In this document: piece by piece, positions 15,779 through 24,023 of the stretch
Layout: each line of letters begins with the position of its first letter
Position numbering within the stretch: the stretch's first letter is position 1
Assembly: GCA_042217585.1 (NCBI GenBank)
Contig: JBDGSJ010000015.1
Coordinates: 9,289 to 33,311, forward strand
Length of the DNA: 24,023 nt
Reading direction: 5' to 3'
Origin: Candidatus Nanohaloarchaea archaeon
Lineage (GTDB): Archaea; Nanohalarchaeota; Nanosalinia; Nanosalinales; Nanosalinaceae
Notes under the pieces: model-generated
Seen by the model: only the letters and a program-made list of their open reading frames with translations
Told to the model about the DNA's origin: nothing
The model's database searches: none
Position numbers and translations under genes: made by a program

Positions 15779-16371
15779 TTATCTCCTCTTTGGGAAACTA
15801 TCAGGTCGACTTCCGTCTCACGTCCCTCCTCGGTGTGGAAGCCGTACGTGGGCGGAAGGCTTATGCTGTAGGGCTCAACGCCCATTATTTCATGACTTGA
15901 ACTCTCTACAAAATCTTTTATACCTGACCGGGCGCCGCGCGGAGATATACCGTAGACCGCGTCCGCGACCTCCACAGCCCTCTGCCAGAAGCTGAGACCT
16001 GTATCGGAATGTACCGAGAACGGCGGATTCATCACTGCGGTATCGTAGCCTCCCGAGAACTCTTCGACGTCCTCCTCCACGAGTTCGACCTCCACGCCGG
16101 CATCCTCCACGTTCTCGCGCGCCAGCCGCACTGCCTCCGGGTCCTTCTCAACCGCTGTCACCTCTCCCCCTGCCAGCGCGGCTCCGATGGCCAGCATGCC
16201 TGTCCCTGCGCCGAGGTCCACGACCTCTCTCCCGTCGATGTCTCCTCTCATGTAGGCCGCGTGGACAAGGTCCGCGGCGAGCGCCGGAGGTGTCATGTAC
16301 TGCTCCAGCGAGATCCGGGGGTCCTCGAAGTCCCGGAGCTCCGAGAGCTTCTTCTTGAGTTCGGTCTTCAC
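15775..16371 (-). CDS. METTL5-family N6-adenine RNA methyltransferase
   Basis: LEQYMTP, VDLGAGTG (SAM binding), NPPF catalytic motif and YGFH; GTG start. Confidence 0.93.
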   Translation of the reverse strand: MKTELKKKLSELRDFEDPRISLEQYMTPPALAADLVHAAYMRGDIDGREVVDLGAGTGMLAIGAALAGGEVTAVEKDPEAVRLARENVEDAGVEVELVEEDVEEFSGGYDTAVMNPPFSVHSDTGLSFWQRAVEVADAVYGISPRGARSGIKDFVESSSHEIMGVEPYSISLPPTYGFHTEEGRETEVDLIVSQRGDK

Positions 16372-16445
16372 ACCAGTGGTTTGAACCCTGTGCTTTAACC
16401 GGTTCGGACCGACACGGTTATCAGGGAGGTTTGAAAAATCGAAGT

Positions 16446-16613
16446 ATGATACCGGATCCCTCCGTGGTGGAGGAACAGGTGATGGAGAAGAGGACTTACG
16501 ACGCGTTCCACGGAGCCTGCCCGGTCAGGGACTGCACAGAGGCCGTGAAACAGGAGCACAGGGATCACGCGGTGGAGCACGCCGACTGGCTGTTCGGCCG
16601 GGTAGTGGGATAG
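16446..16613 (+). pseudogene. Internally deleted cysteine hydrolase (isochorismatase/nicotinamidase, pncA-like) relic, 55 aa
   Basis: EKRTYDAFH and DCTEAVKQEHRDHAVEHADWLFG resemble (from recall) two non-adjacent blocks of haloarchaeal cysteine hydrolases; directly upstream of prs-pncB. Confidence 0.65.
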
Positions 16614-16636
16614 GGAAATAGAGTTCGGTGGTTGAG

Positions 16637-17452
16637 ATGAAGCTGAAAACTCCTAACGCGGAGCACCTCGACGTCGGGGCCGGAACCCTCGAGGAACACC
16701 CGGAGAGAGGAGGTAGGAGTTTCCCCGAGGGCGAGGTATACGTTCAGAAGGATATGAGGGGTGATAACGTGTTCGTGGTTCACTCCGGTCTGCCAGGGCC
16801 GAACCGCTCCCTGATGTATCTTTTCGGGGTCCTGGAAAGGTGCAGGGAGGAGGACCTCGAGCCGTATCTCTTCTCCACCTACTTCCCGTACATGCGGCAG
16901 GACGGTAGCTTCCACGGCTCCGACCTGAATTACGCGCGCTCACTGGTTGAGAAGATGGTGGAGTACTACGGCGTCAGGGAGATTTACACGCTCGATGCGC
17001 ATTTCTCGGAGAGAGACTGGACCTCCCGGTTCCCGGTGGAGAACGTCTCCGCGGTTGACCTGCTGTTGGAGAAGGCCGACTCCGATATCGTGGTCGGACC
17101 AGACAGGGGAGCAGCTGAAAGGTTCGGCGTAAAAGCCCTCCAGAAGGAGAGGAGGGGAGGCGAGGTAGAGGTCTCCGGAGAATTCGAAGTCGCCGGAGAA
17201 GAGGTCCTCTTGGTTGACGACATCGTGGGGAGCGGGGGAACGATGCTTGAAGCGCGAGACCGGCTCCTTGAGATCGGTGCGGACCAGGTCTCGGCGGCGG
17301 TGGTCCACGGCGCCAGAGAGGAGGGTGTCAGAAAGGTGGCGGAAGCATTCGATGACCTATACCTGACGAACTCGGTCCGCAGAGACGCCGCAAACGTACC
17401 GGTCGAACCCCTGGTGCAGGAAAAGCTTAACAGTCTTGAACCTGATTTCTGA
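16637..17452 (+). CDS. prs: Ribose-phosphate pyrophosphokinase (PRPP synthetase), compact; alternative GTG start 16628
   Basis: SFPEGEVYV, YFPYMRQD, LDAH, VVGPDRGA, KERR, LLVDDIVGSGGTM and LTNSV motifs. Confidence 0.92.
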   Translation: MKLKTPNAEHLDVGAGTLEEHPERGGRSFPEGEVYVQKDMRGDNVFVVHSGLPGPNRSLMYLFGVLERCREEDLEPYLFSTYFPYMRQDGSFHGSDLNYARSLVEKMVEYYGVREIYTLDAHFSERDWTSRFPVENVSAVDLLLEKADSDIVVGPDRGAAERFGVKALQKERRGGEVEVSGEFEVAGEEVLLVDDIVGSGGTMLEARDRLLEIGADQVSAAVVHGAREEGVRKVAEAFDDLYLTNSVRRDAANVPVEPLVQEKLNSLEPDF

Positions 17453-17456
17453 ACTG

Positions 17457-18794
17457 ATGTACGACAGTCTCGGACTGATGGATGAGGAGGACGTGCCGCT
17501 GTTCACGGACCTCTACGAACTCACGATGCTGCAGGGTTACTGGGAGAGCGATCACGAACCAGAGGCGGTTTTCGACCTGTTCTTTCGGCAGCTGCCTCCT
17601 CACAGAGGTTACCTCGTCCTGTCGGGCGTCAGGCAGGCCGTCGAATACATAGAGGACCTTGATTTCGACCCGGAGACCTTTGAATACCTGGAGAAGCAGG
17701 GCTTCGATTCGGAATTCCTGGGCTACCTCGAGGACCTGGAGTTCACAGGGGATGTCAGGGCGATCAAGGAGGGAACACCGATCTTCCCGGACGAGCCCGC
17801 GGTCGAGGTGAAGGCCCCGATAACGCAGGCTCAGGTCCTGGAGACCTTCCTTATAAACCAGGTGAGCTTCCAGACCATGATGGCGACCAAGGCGGCCCGG
17901 ATGAAGGAGGTCGTGGAGAGGAAGGGGAGCGGCCAGTCGCTGGTCGATTTCGGCTCGAGGAGGGCTCACGGCCTGGACGCGGGCTTAAAGGCGGCGAGGG
18001 CCTCGTACATAGGAGGTTTTGAGGGGACCTCGAACGTCGCCGCCGGGGAGAAGTTCGGTATCCCGGTCTTCGGGACCATGGCTCACTCCTGGATCGAGAG
18101 CTTCGAGACAGAGGAAGAGGCATTCGAGGCCTACGTCGACACGTACGGAGAGGACTCCGTACTACTGATAGACACCTACGACACTGAGGAAGGTGCTGAG
18201 AAGGCTAGGGAGGTCGCTGAGGAGAGGGGAGTGGATATCAGAGGGGTCAGGATCGATTCAGGTGATCTCCCCGAGCTTTCGCAAAAAGTCTCTGGGACCG
18301 CTCCTGGAGAGGTCTTCGTATCTTCAGGGCTGGATGAGTACAGGATAGGGGATTTCCTCGATAGAGGTGGAGAGGCATCCGGGTTCGGCGTTGGCACGAA
18401 ACTCGTGACCTCTGCGGACGCTCCGAAGATAGAAGGTGTCTACAAACTGGTGAAGTCCGGCGGGGAACCGGTGATGAAGCTGTCCTCAGGTAAGCAGACG
18501 CTGCCCGGCGAGAAATCGGTCCGCAGGGTGAGAACTGATTCCGGCGCCGTGAAGGACCTGGTTGGCCTGAAGGGAGAGCTGGAAGAGGGAGAAGAGCTCC
18601 TGAAGAAGTTTATAGAGGACGGAGAACGGGTTCGGGACCTGGAATCGCTTGAGGATGTACGTGAGAGGGCTGAACGCGGGAGAAAGGATCTGCCGGAGGA
18701 GGTCCGGGACGTGGAGAATCCGGCGTCCTACACCGTGGAGGTCTCGGATCGGCTCTACGAGCTCCGGGAGGAACTCAGATCGGAGCTGGTATAG
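17457..18794 (+). CDS. pncB: Nicotinate phosphoribosyltransferase
   Basis: LFTDLYELTM, DFGSRRAHG, GTSNV, GTMAHSW (phosphorylated His), LIDTYD, GVRIDSGDL and GVGTKL motifs; start reassigned to ATG 17457. Confidence 0.96.
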   Translation: MYDSLGLMDEEDVPLFTDLYELTMLQGYWESDHEPEAVFDLFFRQLPPHRGYLVLSGVRQAVEYIEDLDFDPETFEYLEKQGFDSEFLGYLEDLEFTGDVRAIKEGTPIFPDEPAVEVKAPITQAQVLETFLINQVSFQTMMATKAARMKEVVERKGSGQSLVDFGSRRAHGLDAGLKAARASYIGGFEGTSNVAAGEKFGIPVFGTMAHSWIESFETEEEAFEAYVDTYGEDSVLLIDTYDTEEGAEKAREVAEERGVDIRGVRIDSGDLPELSQKVSGTAPGEVFVSSGLDEYRIGDFLDRGGEASGFGVGTKLVTSADAPKIEGVYKLVKSGGEPVMKLSSGKQTLPGEKSVRRVRTDSGAVKDLVGLKGELEEGEELLKKFIEDGERVRDLESLEDVRERAERGRKDLPEEVRDVENPASYTVEVSDRLYELREELRSELV

Positions 18795-18850
18795 CGGTTT
18801 CTGTGCCTTTCAGTCACGGATATAAGATTTGGGACCGGTGATGGTTTCGC

Positions 18851-20476
18851 ATGCCGGATGACAAACTTGAGGACCTTTCTGAGGAGGAACTCCGGGAGAA
18901 AGTCAGGGACCTGAAGCAGGACCGCGTGGTGTTCTTCGAACCGCAGCGCGAGATAATACTTTCGAACCCGAGCGAGGAGACCCTGAACGAGATATCGGAG
19001 ATCGCACACCTCGAGACGTCATCCGGAGAGCACTACAAGTTCCAGGTCAAGCAGATGGATATCTGGAACTCGGACCTGGCCCTGGAGGAGATGAAGGAGA
19101 AGTACACCCGGATAATCGGGAGTCATCCGCACTTCATTGAATGGCTGGAGAGGACCTACAGCCGGCAGGAGGTCTTCTCGATAGAGCACGAGGGCACCTA
19201 CCACGCCCTGGTTTCCGAGGACGAGGAGAGGATGGAGTGGGCCCGCGGCCTTGACAAGGTCCGGAAGAACCTCGCGGTGGATCTCTCAGATACCAAGTCC
19301 CGGATCGCGATGGGGTCGAAGAGCAGGGCCGAGATCAAGGAGGCGCTGCTGAAGAAGGGCTACCCGGTGGAGGACAACTCGAAGTTCAGGGAGTCCGAGG
19401 AGAAGATAGGGGCCGACCTGACGATCGACCTCCGTGACTACCAGGAGGAATACGTGGAGAGAGCATACGAGAAGAAGGCCGCGGTCCTCGCCAACCCCGC
19501 GGGTTCAGGGAAGACCGTGACCGCGATCGGATTGATGGCGAAGATCGACGGTCCGACCCTGGTGCTGGTCCCGCAGAGGTCGCTGATAAACCAGTGGAAG
19601 CGCGAGCTGCTGGACAAGACCACGCTGACCGAGGACCAGATAGGGGAGTACCACGGCGACGAGAAGGAGATGAACGACGTGACGCTGGCGACCTACCACA
19701 TCGCCTCCCAGAAGAGCAACGTCTTCCGCAGGGAGTGGGGCCTGATAATATTCGACGAGGTCCACCACATCCCCGGACCGCTCTACAAGAAGACCGCCGA
19801 CCTCCAGTCCACGAGGAGGATAGGGCTCTCCGCGTCCCCGGTCCGCGAGGACTCGAAGGAGAAGGAGATATTCGCCCTGATAGGGCAGGAGATAGGCGGT
19901 GACTGGGCAAGGTTCTTCCGGGAGGGCCACGTCATCAAGCCGGACGTGGAGATACAGCTGGTCGAGTGGGAGTCCGACTACTACCGGCACAAGTACGACC
20001 AGGCCTCAGGTATCAAGAAGGCGATAATCGCATCCAAGAACCCGCAGAAGAAGCAGAACCTCGATGAACTGCTGGAGAAGCACGACACCGAGAAGACCAT
20101 AATCTTCTGCGACTGGCTGGACCAGGGAGAGGACCTGTCAGAGGAGTTCGACATACCGTTCATCTCCGGCGAGACCGAGCACGAGGACCGGGAGGAGTAC
20201 TTCGAGAAGTTCCGGCAGGGCGAACTGACGACGCTGATAGTATCCCGGATAGGCGACGAGGGACTGGACCTCCCGGACACCGAGGTCGGCATCATCATGT
20301 CCGGCCAGGGAGGCTCACGGAGACAGGCCACCCAGCGCGCGGGACGGGTCATGAGACCGTTCGGCGACGCGCAGGTCTACATGATAGCGACGAAGGGGTC
20401 CAACGAGGAGGACTTCGTGAAGCGACAGGTCGAACTCCTGAAGGAGAAAGGCGTGCCGGTCAGCGTCGAGGAGTGA
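18851..20476 (+). CDS. xpb: XPB/Rad25-family SF2 DNA helicase
   Basis: LRDYQ, PAGSGKT, DEVHH, GLSASPVRED, GDEGLDLP and SRRQATQRAGRVMRP motifs. Confidence 0.92.
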   Translation: MPDDKLEDLSEEELREKVRDLKQDRVVFFEPQREIILSNPSEETLNEISEIAHLETSSGEHYKFQVKQMDIWNSDLALEEMKEKYTRIIGSHPHFIEWLERTYSRQEVFSIEHEGTYHALVSEDEERMEWARGLDKVRKNLAVDLSDTKSRIAMGSKSRAEIKEALLKKGYPVEDNSKFRESEEKIGADLTIDLRDYQEEYVERAYEKKAAVLANPAGSGKTVTAIGLMAKIDGPTLVLVPQRSLINQWKRELLDKTTLTEDQIGEYHGDEKEMNDVTLATYHIASQKSNVFRREWGLIIFDEVHHIPGPLYKKTADLQSTRRIGLSASPVREDSKEKEIFALIGQEIGGDWARFFREGHVIKPDVEIQLVEWESDYYRHKYDQASGIKKAIIASKNPQKKQNLDELLEKHDTEKTIIFCDWLDQGEDLSEEFDIPFISGETEHEDREEYFEKFRQGELTTLIVSRIGDEGLDLPDTEVGIIMSGQGGSRRQATQRAGRVMRPFGDAQVYMIATKGSNEEDFVKRQVELLKEKGVPVSVEE

Positions 20477-20518
20477 AGGCCTCGAACTTCTGAAAAAGAT
20501 TTCTGATGAACCTGTAAC

Positions 20519-21493
20519 ATGGCGATAATAAAAGCCGAGGACCTGTCGAAGACCTTCCGGGTGTACCGCCAGGGGGAGGGCATCAGAGGATACCTGAAGA
20601 ACCTCGTGAAGAGGGAATACGACGAGATAGACGCGGTGAAGGACCTCGACCTCGAGATCGATGAGGGCGAGATGATAGGATACATAGGCGCGAACGGCGC
20701 CGGGAAGTCCACCACGGTAAAGATGCTGACAGGGATACTCCAGCCCTCCTCCGGGACCATCGAGGTCGACGGCAGGGACCCATACGAGCAGAGGAAGAAG
20801 AACGCGAAGAACATCGGGGTCGTTTTCGGGCAGAGGACCCAGCTCTGGTGGGACCTCCCGGTCCGGGAATCATTCAGGCTTCTCAAGGAGATATACGAGG
20901 TTCCCGATGAAGACTACGGGGAGAGGATGGATGAGTTCGACGAGGTCCTGGGGCTGGAGGAGTTCATGGACCAGCCCGTCAGGAAGCTTTCTCTCGGCCA
21001 GAAGATGAGGTGCGAGCTCGCCGCCGCCTTCCTGCACCACCCGAAGATAGTCTACCTCGACGAACCGACGATAGGGCTCGACGTCGCCGTGAAAGAGCGC
21101 ATCAGGGAGTTCATCAAGAAGATGAACAGGGAGAAGGACACGACGGTGATGCTGACCACCCACGACATGGACGATATTGAGGACCTCTGCGACCGGGTCG
21201 TGGTGCTCGACGAGGGGAGGAAGATATACGACGGCGACCTTGACAGGCTGATAGAGAGGTTCAGCTCCCGGAGGATGGTCCTCGACGTCGCGGAACAGGT
21301 CGACGCGGAGCTGGATGGAGTGGAGGAGGTCAGCAACGAAGACGGCAGGACCGAGGTCAGGTTCGACAGCGAGAAGCTGTCCGCCTCCGACCTGATGGAC
21401 CACATCCTCGGCGAGTACGACGTCAGGGATTTCGAGATAAAGGAGCCTGACATCGAAACAGTCGTCAAGAAGATATACAGCGAGGGCCTCTAG
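20519..21493 (+). CDS. ABC transporter ATP-binding protein
   Basis: Walker A GANGAGKST, FGQRTQLWWDLP, signature LSLGQ, Walker B YLDEPTIGLD, H-loop TTHD. Confidence 0.96.
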   Translation: MAIIKAEDLSKTFRVYRQGEGIRGYLKNLVKREYDEIDAVKDLDLEIDEGEMIGYIGANGAGKSTTVKMLTGILQPSSGTIEVDGRDPYEQRKKNAKNIGVVFGQRTQLWWDLPVRESFRLLKEIYEVPDEDYGERMDEFDEVLGLEEFMDQPVRKLSLGQKMRCELAAAFLHHPKIVYLDEPTIGLDVAVKERIREFIKKMNREKDTTVMLTTHDMDDIEDLCDRVVVLDEGRKIYDGDLDRLIERFSSRRMVLDVAEQVDAELDGVEEVSNEDGRTEVRFDSEKLSASDLMDHILGEYDVRDFEIKEPDIETVVKKIYSEGL

Positions 21494-22282
21494 ATGGAGC
21501 TGGGAAAGTACCGGCAGACCGTGATAGCTTCCGTGAAGAAGTCGGCGGCCTACAAGGCCAGCGTGGTCGTCGGGCTCGTGAACTCGGTGGTCATGCTGGT
21601 CCTGTACTACGCGATCTGGAGCTCTATAGCCTCCTCCGGCTCCCTGAAGGGAGGACTCACGCAGGTCATGAGCTACCTCGTGATAGGACAGGCGGTCGCC
21701 AGGGCCACGGGACTCAGGACCGAGAACTTCCTCGGGAAGAGGGTGAGAAAGGGCTCAATCACCAACGAGCTGAAGAGACCGATGTCGATCCGCAGGTACG
21801 TCTACTTCCACGAGGTCGGCTCAAAACTGCTTGAGGCGGCGGCGATGTCCCTCCCGATACTCGCGCTGGGGATGTTCTTCTTCGGCGTCAGGATACCGGG
21901 GGTCCAGCAGCTCATGCTGTTCGGCACGAGCCTCTTCCTCGCCTTCAACCTGGTATTCGCCGCCTCCTTCATAACCTCGGTCCTCGCGTTCTGGACCAAG
22001 GTCGAGTGGAGCCTCAGGATGATGAGGAACCTGCTCACCAACCTCTTCTCCGGCAGGATGTTCCCCCTGTACCTGGTCCCCGCGGCGATCTCGCCGGTCT
22101 TCGAGGTCCTGCCGTTCCGGGGGATGGTCGACACACCGGTCCAGATATTCATGGGGCGAGCAACGGGAAGAGAGGCGTTGATGCTTCTCGGCCACCAGCT
22201 GATCTGGATACTGGTCCTTCTCGGCGTCGGGGAGCTCGTCTGGTCAAAAGCGAGAGAACAGCTGACGGTCCAGGGAGGATGA
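21494..22282 (+). CDS. ABC-2 type transporter permease
   Basis: Several hydrophobic segments, GSITNELKRP, FSGRMFPL and terminal VQGG; adjacent to the ATPase. Confidence 0.9.
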   Translation: MELGKYRQTVIASVKKSAAYKASVVVGLVNSVVMLVLYYAIWSSIASSGSLKGGLTQVMSYLVIGQAVARATGLRTENFLGKRVRKGSITNELKRPMSIRRYVYFHEVGSKLLEAAAMSLPILALGMFFFGVRIPGVQQLMLFGTSLFLAFNLVFAASFITSVLAFWTKVEWSLRMMRNLLTNLFSGRMFPLYLVPAAISPVFEVLPFRGMVDTPVQIFMGRATGREALMLLGHQLIWILVLLGVGELVWSKAREQLTVQGG

Positions 22283-22286
22283 TCTC

Positions 22287-23084
22287 ATGGGTCTGAAACG
22301 TTACCTCAGGATCTACAGGCATTACTTCGTCCAGTACCTGAAATCCCGGCTGGTGTACCAGGGAGACACCTACATAAACTTCGTCGGAAGGTTCATCGAG
22401 GTCGCATCATCGGTCGCGTTCCTCGGACTGATATTCACGCAGGTGGAGCAGATCCAGGGCTGGACCTTCAACGAACTGCTTTTCCTCGCCGGCTTCGGCG
22501 GAACCATAATGAACCTCCACCACTTCTTCTTCATGAACATATACAGGTTCGGCGAGGACTACGTCCTGTCGGGAGACTTCGACCGCTTCCTGGTCCGCCC
22601 CCTGAACCCGCTCTTCCAGGTCTACGCCGACGGGGTCAACGACAGCAGCATACCGAAGCTGATAGGGAACTTCGCGATGATGGTCTACGCCGCATCAGCG
22701 CTCGGGATAGCCGTGACTCCTGCGAAGATCCTTTACCTGGTGCCCGCGGTGGTCTCAGGGGTACTCGTATTCGCGTCGATATACCTGGCCTTCTCAGCCA
22801 CGGCCTTCTGGCTGGGAAAGAGCCAGCAGCTTATATGGGTCCTGTTCAACATCAGTGACTTCAGGAAGTACCCTTACGGGATCTACGCGCTCCCGGTCCA
22901 GGTCCTGCTGATCACCCTGATACCGTTCGCATTCGCCACATTCTTCCCCGCCACCTACTTCCTTCAGAAAGGTGACTGGGGAACGATGCAGATGCTCTCC
23001 CTCGTAGCAGGACCTGTCTTCTTCTCGATCGCGTACAGGTTCTGGCAACACGGCGTGGAGAACTACTCCAGCACCGGGAGCTGA
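22287..23084 (+). CDS. ABC-2 type transporter permease (second subunit)
   Basis: GWTFNE, GDFDRFLVRPLNPLFQ, KYPYGIY and terminal YSSTGS; multi-TM. Confidence 0.9.
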   Translation: MGLKRYLRIYRHYFVQYLKSRLVYQGDTYINFVGRFIEVASSVAFLGLIFTQVEQIQGWTFNELLFLAGFGGTIMNLHHFFFMNIYRFGEDYVLSGDFDRFLVRPLNPLFQVYADGVNDSSIPKLIGNFAMMVYAASALGIAVTPAKILYLVPAVVSGVLVFASIYLAFSATAFWLGKSQQLIWVLFNISDFRKYPYGIYALPVQVLLITLIPFAFATFFPATYFLQKGDWGTMQMLSLVAGPVFFSIAYRFWQHGVENYSSTGS

Positions 23085-23115
23085 AAGCAGAAAAAGGAGA
23101 AAATGAAAAGAGGAG

Positions 23116-23649
23116 TTACTCGAATTTCTCGCTGTAGAGCCTCTGGCTCTTCTCGATCGCTTCCTTCGCTTCCTCTGAGTCTCCCCAGCCCTCGATCTCG
23201 ACGGTCTTCTTCGGCTCAAGGTTCTTGTAGGTCGAGAAGAACTCCTCTATCTCACGCATGTCGTGGTCGTGGAGGTCCTCGATGTCCTCGACTCCCTCCC
23301 AGCGCGGGTCCTCGACGGGTACGGCGATTATGTTGTCGTCCTGCTCTCCGTCGTCGTCCATGTAGAGGATCCCGATGGGACGCGCCTCGATGACGCATCC
23401 GGGGAAGGTCGGGTTGGTGGTGAGGACCAGGATGTCCATCGGGTCCCCGTCCTCGTAGTAAGCCCGCGGGATGAAACCGTAGTCGCCCGGGTAGTGGACC
23501 GCGGAGTGAAGCACCCGGTCCAGGACGACAGACTCCTTCTCCTTGTCGTACTCGTACTTGTTCTTTGTTCCCTCTGGGTTTTCAACTACCGCGTGGATGA
23601 CGTCCGGTGCGTCCGGACCTGTCTCGTAGTCCTGCCACTTGTTTACCAT
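23116..23649 (-). CDS. ppa: Inorganic pyrophosphatase (family I)
   Basis: KNKYEYDK, LDRVL, YPGDYGFIP, DGDPMD and FFSTYKNLE motifs. Confidence 0.97.
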   Translation of the reverse strand: MVNKWQDYETGPDAPDVIHAVVENPEGTKNKYEYDKEKESVVLDRVLHSAVHYPGDYGFIPRAYYEDGDPMDILVLTTNPTFPGCVIEARPIGILYMDDDGEQDDNIIAVPVEDPRWEGVEDIEDLHDHDMREIEEFFSTYKNLEPKKTVEIEGWGDSEEAKEAIEKSQRLYSEKFE

Positions 23650-23700
23650 AGTTACCGGTTAGAGGTTTCAAGGAGAGTTTTTTATGTGCTTTGAAACTTT

Positions 23701-23856
23701 TCACTCTCTCCTCGCGGAAGAAGCGGACAGCCTGATCATGGAAACATCTCTCACGGCGCCGCAGTTACTGCAGACGACCTTTACCCAGTCAACGTTCGGT
23801 TTGTCCACAGGATTCACATGAAGATTCTTACCACATTCCTCGCAGCTCGGAGCCAT
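23701..23856 (-). CDS. Small putative zinc-ribbon protein (51 aa)
   Basis: MAPSCEECG...VVCSNCG has two CxxCG knuckles; ATG at 23856 with an AT-rich box upstream. Confidence 0.6.
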   Translation of the reverse strand: MAPSCEECGKNLHVNPVDKPNVDWVKVVCSNCGAVRDVSMIRLSASSARRE

Positions 23857-23968
23857 CAACCTTCTGACCTCGTATAACCTCTTCTCATTGAGGTATTTAA
23901 GCGTAACTTTACCAGTCCCAACCACGGCCTGAAACCTACAAAAAAGTAGGTGCGGACAAGGACTACAG

Positions 23969-24023
23969 GGGTTCGTAGTCTAGCTGGTTATGACACCGCC
24001 TTGACATGGCGGAGATCCCCGGT
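23969..24023 (+). tRNA. tRNA-Val(GAC), truncated by window end
   Basis: GGGTTCG acceptor strand, TA, D arm GTCTAGCTGGTTATGAC, anticodon arm CCGCC-TTGACAT-GGCGG with GAC at 24003-24005; T arm begins at the window edge. Confidence 0.93.

Noticed and set aside
16371..16445. In-frame upstream extension of the pncA-like relic (QWFEPCALTGS) vaguely like the nicotinamidase WPxHC motif
   Set aside because: Similarity is too weak, and the region also has to hold the divergent promoters.
18851..20476. SF2 helicase as part of a restriction or defence system
   Set aside because: Motifs match XPB/Rad25 and there is no adjacent nuclease or DNA methyltransferase; the NPPF enzyme at 15775-16371 is the housekeeping METTL5 type.
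23969..24023. tRNA-Val as an integration site for a mobile element
   Set aside because: The 3' end and downstream DNA are outside the window, and no duplicated tRNA fragment or integrase is visible.

Overview
Archaeal core-genome window with high GC and a very acidic (salt-in) proteome. A single fused PriS-PriL primase and compact genes point to a DPANN halophile, most likely Nanohaloarchaeota (inference, no search run). The minus strand carries the conserved information-processing supercluster: METTL5-rpoL-DUF99-SPase I-TFS-RPA-PCNA, then Nudix-primase-GINS-pyrH-L44e-S27e-aIF2alpha-Nop10-PAC2, then rpoK-eno-rps2 and L7Ae-S28e. The plus strand carries an NAD-salvage locus (decayed cysteine-hydrolase/pncA-like relic, prs, pncB), an XPB helicase, a three-gene ABC exporter and the start of tRNA-Val(GAC); ppa is on the minus strand near the end. 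Four short genes missing from the ORF track (rps28e, rpoK, nop10, rps27e) were translated by hand. I found no transposase, integrase, CRISPR array or defence system. The most interesting signals: (1) a two-state K-loop/decoy-hairpin switch over the Shine-Dalgarno (SD) of the L7Ae leader; (2) a fused primase whose PriL domain lacks all four Fe-S cysteines and has an appended zinc finger; (3) an in-frame, internally deleted nicotinamidase-like relic heading prs-pncB; (4) a duplicated msrB 3' end; (5) a tandem STAS/SEC14-like paralog with ATT at the homologous start position.
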